Below are positions 33,249 to 36,083 of a DNA stretch of 36,083 nt, piece by piece. The stretch comes from Trichloromonas sp. (GTDB lineage Bacteria > Desulfobacterota > Desulfuromonadia > Desulfuromonadales > Trichloromonadaceae). The stretch covers positions 1 through 36,083 of the forward strand of contig JBFHXA010000001.1 in the NCBI GenBank assembly GCA_041599195.1, read 5' to 3'. The translations under genes were made by a program, and so were the position numbers. The notes beneath the pieces are model-generated. The model saw only the letters and a list, made by a program, of their open reading frames with translations. It did not search any database and was not told the origin of the DNA. The number at the start of each line of letters is the position of its first letter. Positions within the stretch are counted from its first letter, which is position 1.

Positions 33249-34187
33249 ATGATCAGCTGCCGTCGTCGAACAGTCCGTTTTCTGCTTCCCCTGTTACTCC
33301 TGTTTCTGCTCACGGGCTGCCGTGACCGGGGCGAAGCGGCGCCCCAGGTGCTGCTCACGGTGGACGGCCGGGCGGTGACCCTCGAGCAGTTCCGCAGCAG
33401 CTTCGCCAAGACCCTGCCGGCCGACCAGAGCCTTTCGCCGGAAGAAAAAGGCGACCTGGAGCGCTCCTTCCTGGTCCAGACGGTCGACCGCGAGCTGACC
33501 CTGGCCGAAGCCGGCCGGCTCAATATCGTCCTGTCTGCCGAAGAGGTGGAGGCGGCCATGGCTGATGCGCGCTCCGAGTATCCGGCCGAGGAGTTCCTGG
33601 CCCTGCTGGCCGAACGGGGGCTCAGCGAAGAGCAGTGGCGCCAGGCGCTGGAAGAGAGCCTGCTGATGGAAAAGGTCGTCCATCAGGCGGTCTATTCGCT
33701 GGTGACGGTCAACGACGAGGATATCGCCCAGTATTACCAGGAAAACCGCGATGACTTCGATCGCCCCGAACAGGTGCGGGCCCGGCAGATCGTGGTGGCC
33801 GACGAGGCCGAGGGGAACCGACTGCTGGACGAGCTTCGCCAGGGTGCCGATTTTGCCGCCGTGGCGCGCCAGCACTCCCTCTCTCCCGATGCCGAGGACG
33901 GCGGTGATCTCGACTTTTTCGCCCGGGGCGAGATGCCGCCCGAATTTGACGCGGTCGTCTTTTTTCTGCCCGAGGGGCGGCTCAGCGAACTGGTGAAAAG
34001 CGAATACGGCTATCACATTTTCGAGGTCCAGGAGCGGCGGCCGTCGGTCCGGCTTCCGCTCGACGCGGTGCGCGACACCATTCGCGACATCCTGCGCGGA
34101 GAAAACGAGGAGCAGGCCTACCAGGAGTGGTTGCGGGGCCTGCGCGAGCGTGCGTCGATCACCATCAACTGGTCGCTGCTCGACTGA
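33249..34187 (+). CDS. PpiC/parvulin-type peptidyl-prolyl isomerase lipoprotein
   Basis: Lipobox LTGC; SurA-N-like helices; VRARQI, FAAVARQHS, GGDL, KSEYGYHI. Confidence 0.9.
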   Translation: MISCRRRTVRFLLPLLLLFLLTGCRDRGEAAPQVLLTVDGRAVTLEQFRSSFAKTLPADQSLSPEEKGDLERSFLVQTVDRELTLAEAGRLNIVLSAEEVEAAMADARSEYPAEEFLALLAERGLSEEQWRQALEESLLMEKVVHQAVYSLVTVNDEDIAQYYQENRDDFDRPEQVRARQIVVADEAEGNRLLDELRQGADFAAVARQHSLSPDAEDGGDLDFFARGEMPPEFDAVVFFLPEGRLSELVKSEYGYHIFEVQERRPSVRLPLDAVRDTIRDILRGENEEQAYQEWLRGLRERASITINWSLLD

Positions 34188-34248
34188 ATGGACTAATCGC
34201 TGCCGGTGACGGCACGTCCCGGAAAATCTTTTACAAGGAATCTGCCTG

Positions 34249-35202
34249 ATGAACCGTTTTTTTGCCCTATCGACGCTCCTGCTGCTGGTGCTCTGTCCGC
34301 TGGCCCAGGCGGAAACCGTTAACCGCATCGCGGCCGTGGTCAACAACGACATCATCACCATCTACCAGGTCGACCGTGAATTGGAAAAGCGCCAGTTCGG
34401 CGAAGGCGGTCTGGCTAAGCTTTCGCCGCAGGCCCTTGACGAAGTTCGCCAGCGGGCCCTCTCCAGCCTCATCGAAGAGACGCTGGTGGAGCAGCGGGTC
34501 AAGGAGCTGGGGATCGCTGTAACCGGTGACGAGATCGAAGCCGCGATCGGCGATGTGCTCATGCAGAACCAGCTGACCCGCGCCGAACTGATCGAGGCTC
34601 TGAAGCTGCAGGGGATGGATTTCGACGTCTACCAGGACAACCTGCGCAAGCAGATTCTGCGCTACAAGCTCCTCGGTCGCGAAGTCAAGAGCAAGGTCGA
34701 CGTCAGCAACCAGGAAATGCTCGATTATTTCCGTGAGCATATCGAGGACTATCGGCAGAATCCGACCATGCACATCGCCCGGATCGGCTTTCCGCTGCCG
34801 GAAAAACCATCCAGCGCCCAGGTCGAAGCGACCCGCAGCACGGCGGCCGGCGCCCTGGCCAGGCTGCAGGCCGGCGAAGACTTTTTCGTGCTGCTGCTCG
34901 AATATTCCACCGACCAGAGTGCCGAAGGGGGCGACATGGGCACCTTCGGCGCCGGCGAGCTGACCCCGGCTTTCGACCGGGCCCTCACGGGCCTCGAAGA
35001 AGGGGCGGTCAGCGGCCTGGTGGAAACCCCCGACGGTATTCACATCCTCAAGGTGCTCGGTCGCCAGGCGGGCTCGGTCCGCCAGTTCGATGCGGTCAAG
35101 GGGGAGATATCCAAAACCCTCACCGAGCAGAAGACCGACGAGGCGTTCAAGTCCTGGGCCGAAGGACTGCGCAAATCCGCCTACATCGACGTGCGCCTGT
35201 AA
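34249..35202 (+). CDS. surA: SurA-like periplasmic chaperone/PPIase
   Basis: Signal peptide (AQA), NRIAAVVNNDIIT, parvulin domain (GGDMG, ETPDGIHIL), LRKSAYIDVR; upstream of pdxA. Confidence 0.85.
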   Translation: MNRFFALSTLLLLVLCPLAQAETVNRIAAVVNNDIITIYQVDRELEKRQFGEGGLAKLSPQALDEVRQRALSSLIEETLVEQRVKELGIAVTGDEIEAAIGDVLMQNQLTRAELIEALKLQGMDFDVYQDNLRKQILRYKLLGREVKSKVDVSNQEMLDYFREHIEDYRQNPTMHIARIGFPLPEKPSSAQVEATRSTAAGALARLQAGEDFFVLLLEYSTDQSAEGGDMGTFGAGELTPAFDRALTGLEEGAVSGLVETPDGIHILKVLGRQAGSVRQFDAVKGEISKTLTEQKTDEAFKSWAEGLRKSAYIDVRL

Positions 35203-35229
35203 CAGGCGCCTTGCCGACGCTGTCAACTG

Positions 35230-35259
35230 AGCCCCGCCGATTTCGGCGGGGCTTTTTTT
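35230..35259 (+). terminator. Intrinsic terminator
   Basis: AGCCCCGCCGA-TT-TCGGCGGGGCT followed by a T-tract. Confidence 0.85.
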
Positions 35260-35318
35260 CATGTCAAGCCCCCGGGCTCTGGGCTATACTGTCTCTTTGA
35301 CCTGCGCGGAGGATTCAC

Positions 35319-36083
35319 GTGAAACGACCCATCGTCCTGACCCTGGGTGACCCGACCGGAGTCGGCCCGGAAATTATCGTCAAGGCTTTGTGTGAAGGCG
35401 CCTTCGACGGCCTGTCCCGGCCGCTGCTGGTGGCCGGCGACCCGGCGGTGCTGCAGCGGGCGGCGGCGGTGGTCGGCGTCTCCTGTCGGGCGACGACCGC
35501 GCCCGGGCATGTTCAGCTGGTCTTGGCCGGCGATCGGCAGCTCGATCTCGCGCCCCTCTCCGCCCTCGATGCCGACCGGCTCAAGTACGGCCGCCCCGAT
35601 ACCGATTGCGGCCACGCCATGGTCCGTTACATCGAATGGGCCTGCGACCAGTGTCTCTCGGGCCAGGCCGCGGCCATGGTCACGGCGCCGATCAACAAGG
35701 CGGCGATTCACGCCGCCGGCTACGCCTTTCCCGGTCACACCGAGCTGCTGGCCGAGCGCTGCGGGGTCGACAAGGTGGTGATGATGCTGGGAGGAGAAAA
35801 GCTCAAGGTCTGCCTGGTGACCACCCACATGGCCCTGGCCGAGGTGCCGCAGGCGTTGAGCCAGGCCGAAATCCTCGAAACCATCCGCATCACCGATGCC
35901 GCCTTCCGCCGTTTCTTCGGCCAGGCCCGGCCGCGCATCGCGGTGCTGGCCCTCAACCCCCATGCCGGGGAAGGCGGCATGTTCGGCGACGAGGAAAGCC
36001 GCCTGATCGCACCGGCCATTGCGGCGGCGCAAGCCGAAGGGATCGCCGCCAGCGGGCCGCACAGCGCCGACACCCTGTTTCAC
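35319..36083 (+). CDS. pdxA: 4-hydroxythreonine-4-phosphate dehydrogenase PdxA (3'-partial)
   Basis: Not in the ORF track because it runs off the window. GGAGG then GTG 35319: MKRPIVLTLGDPTGVGPE, VTAPINK, FPGHTELLA, VTTH, LNPHAGEGG.FG.EE, GPHSADTLF. Confidence 0.96.
   Translation, partial: MKRPIVLTLGDPTGVGPEIIVKALCEGAFDGLSRPLLVAGDPAVLQRAAAVVGVSCRATTAPGHVQLVLAGDRQLDLAPLSALDADRLKYGRPDTDCGHAMVRYIEWACDQCLSGQAAAMVTAPINKAAIHAAGYAFPGHTELLAERCGVDKVVMMLGGEKLKVCLVTTHMALAEVPQALSQAEILETIRITDAAFRRFFGQARPRIAVLALNPHAGEGGMFGDEESRLIAPAIAAAQAEGIAASGPHSADTLFH

Noticed and set aside
33294-36083. Long minus-strand ORFs (355, 331 and 274 aa)
   Set aside because: Antisense to the PPIase, surA and pdxA genes, which carry clear family motifs

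Overview
Origin-proximal chromosomal segment of a deltaproteobacterium; gene order and protein sequences look like Desulfuromonadales (Desulfuromonas/Geobacter-like). Left core (1-16.6 kb): mnmE (partial), a perfect parS site, mnmG, rsmG, parA, parB, a bactofilin, the b'-b-delta-alpha-gamma-beta-epsilon ATP synthase operon (no a/c subunits), two divergent GntR regulators flanking a decayed K+ channel gene, an ABC-2 exporter pair and truC. Accessory part (about 16.7-26.6 kb): a single-strand signalling cluster made of an orphan NMT1/SsuA-type lipoprotein, a membrane HAMP-PAS3 kinase, a soluble kinase with an unassigned helical N-terminal domain, two Rcp1-type receivers and a REC-GAF-GAF-HD-GYP phosphodiesterase, with two receiver remnants and a transglutaminase remnant. 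Right core (26.7-36 kb): nitroreductase, tatC/tatB, nadA, mfd, two parvulin/SurA PPIases and pdxA (partial). The most notable signals are the binding-protein-coupled signalling cluster, a 17-bp palindrome shared by the atp leader and the gntR promoter, and tandem NrdR-like boxes upstream of parAB. I saw no rRNA, tRNA, CRISPR array, integrase or transposase. All calls are from visual inspection; no searches were run.
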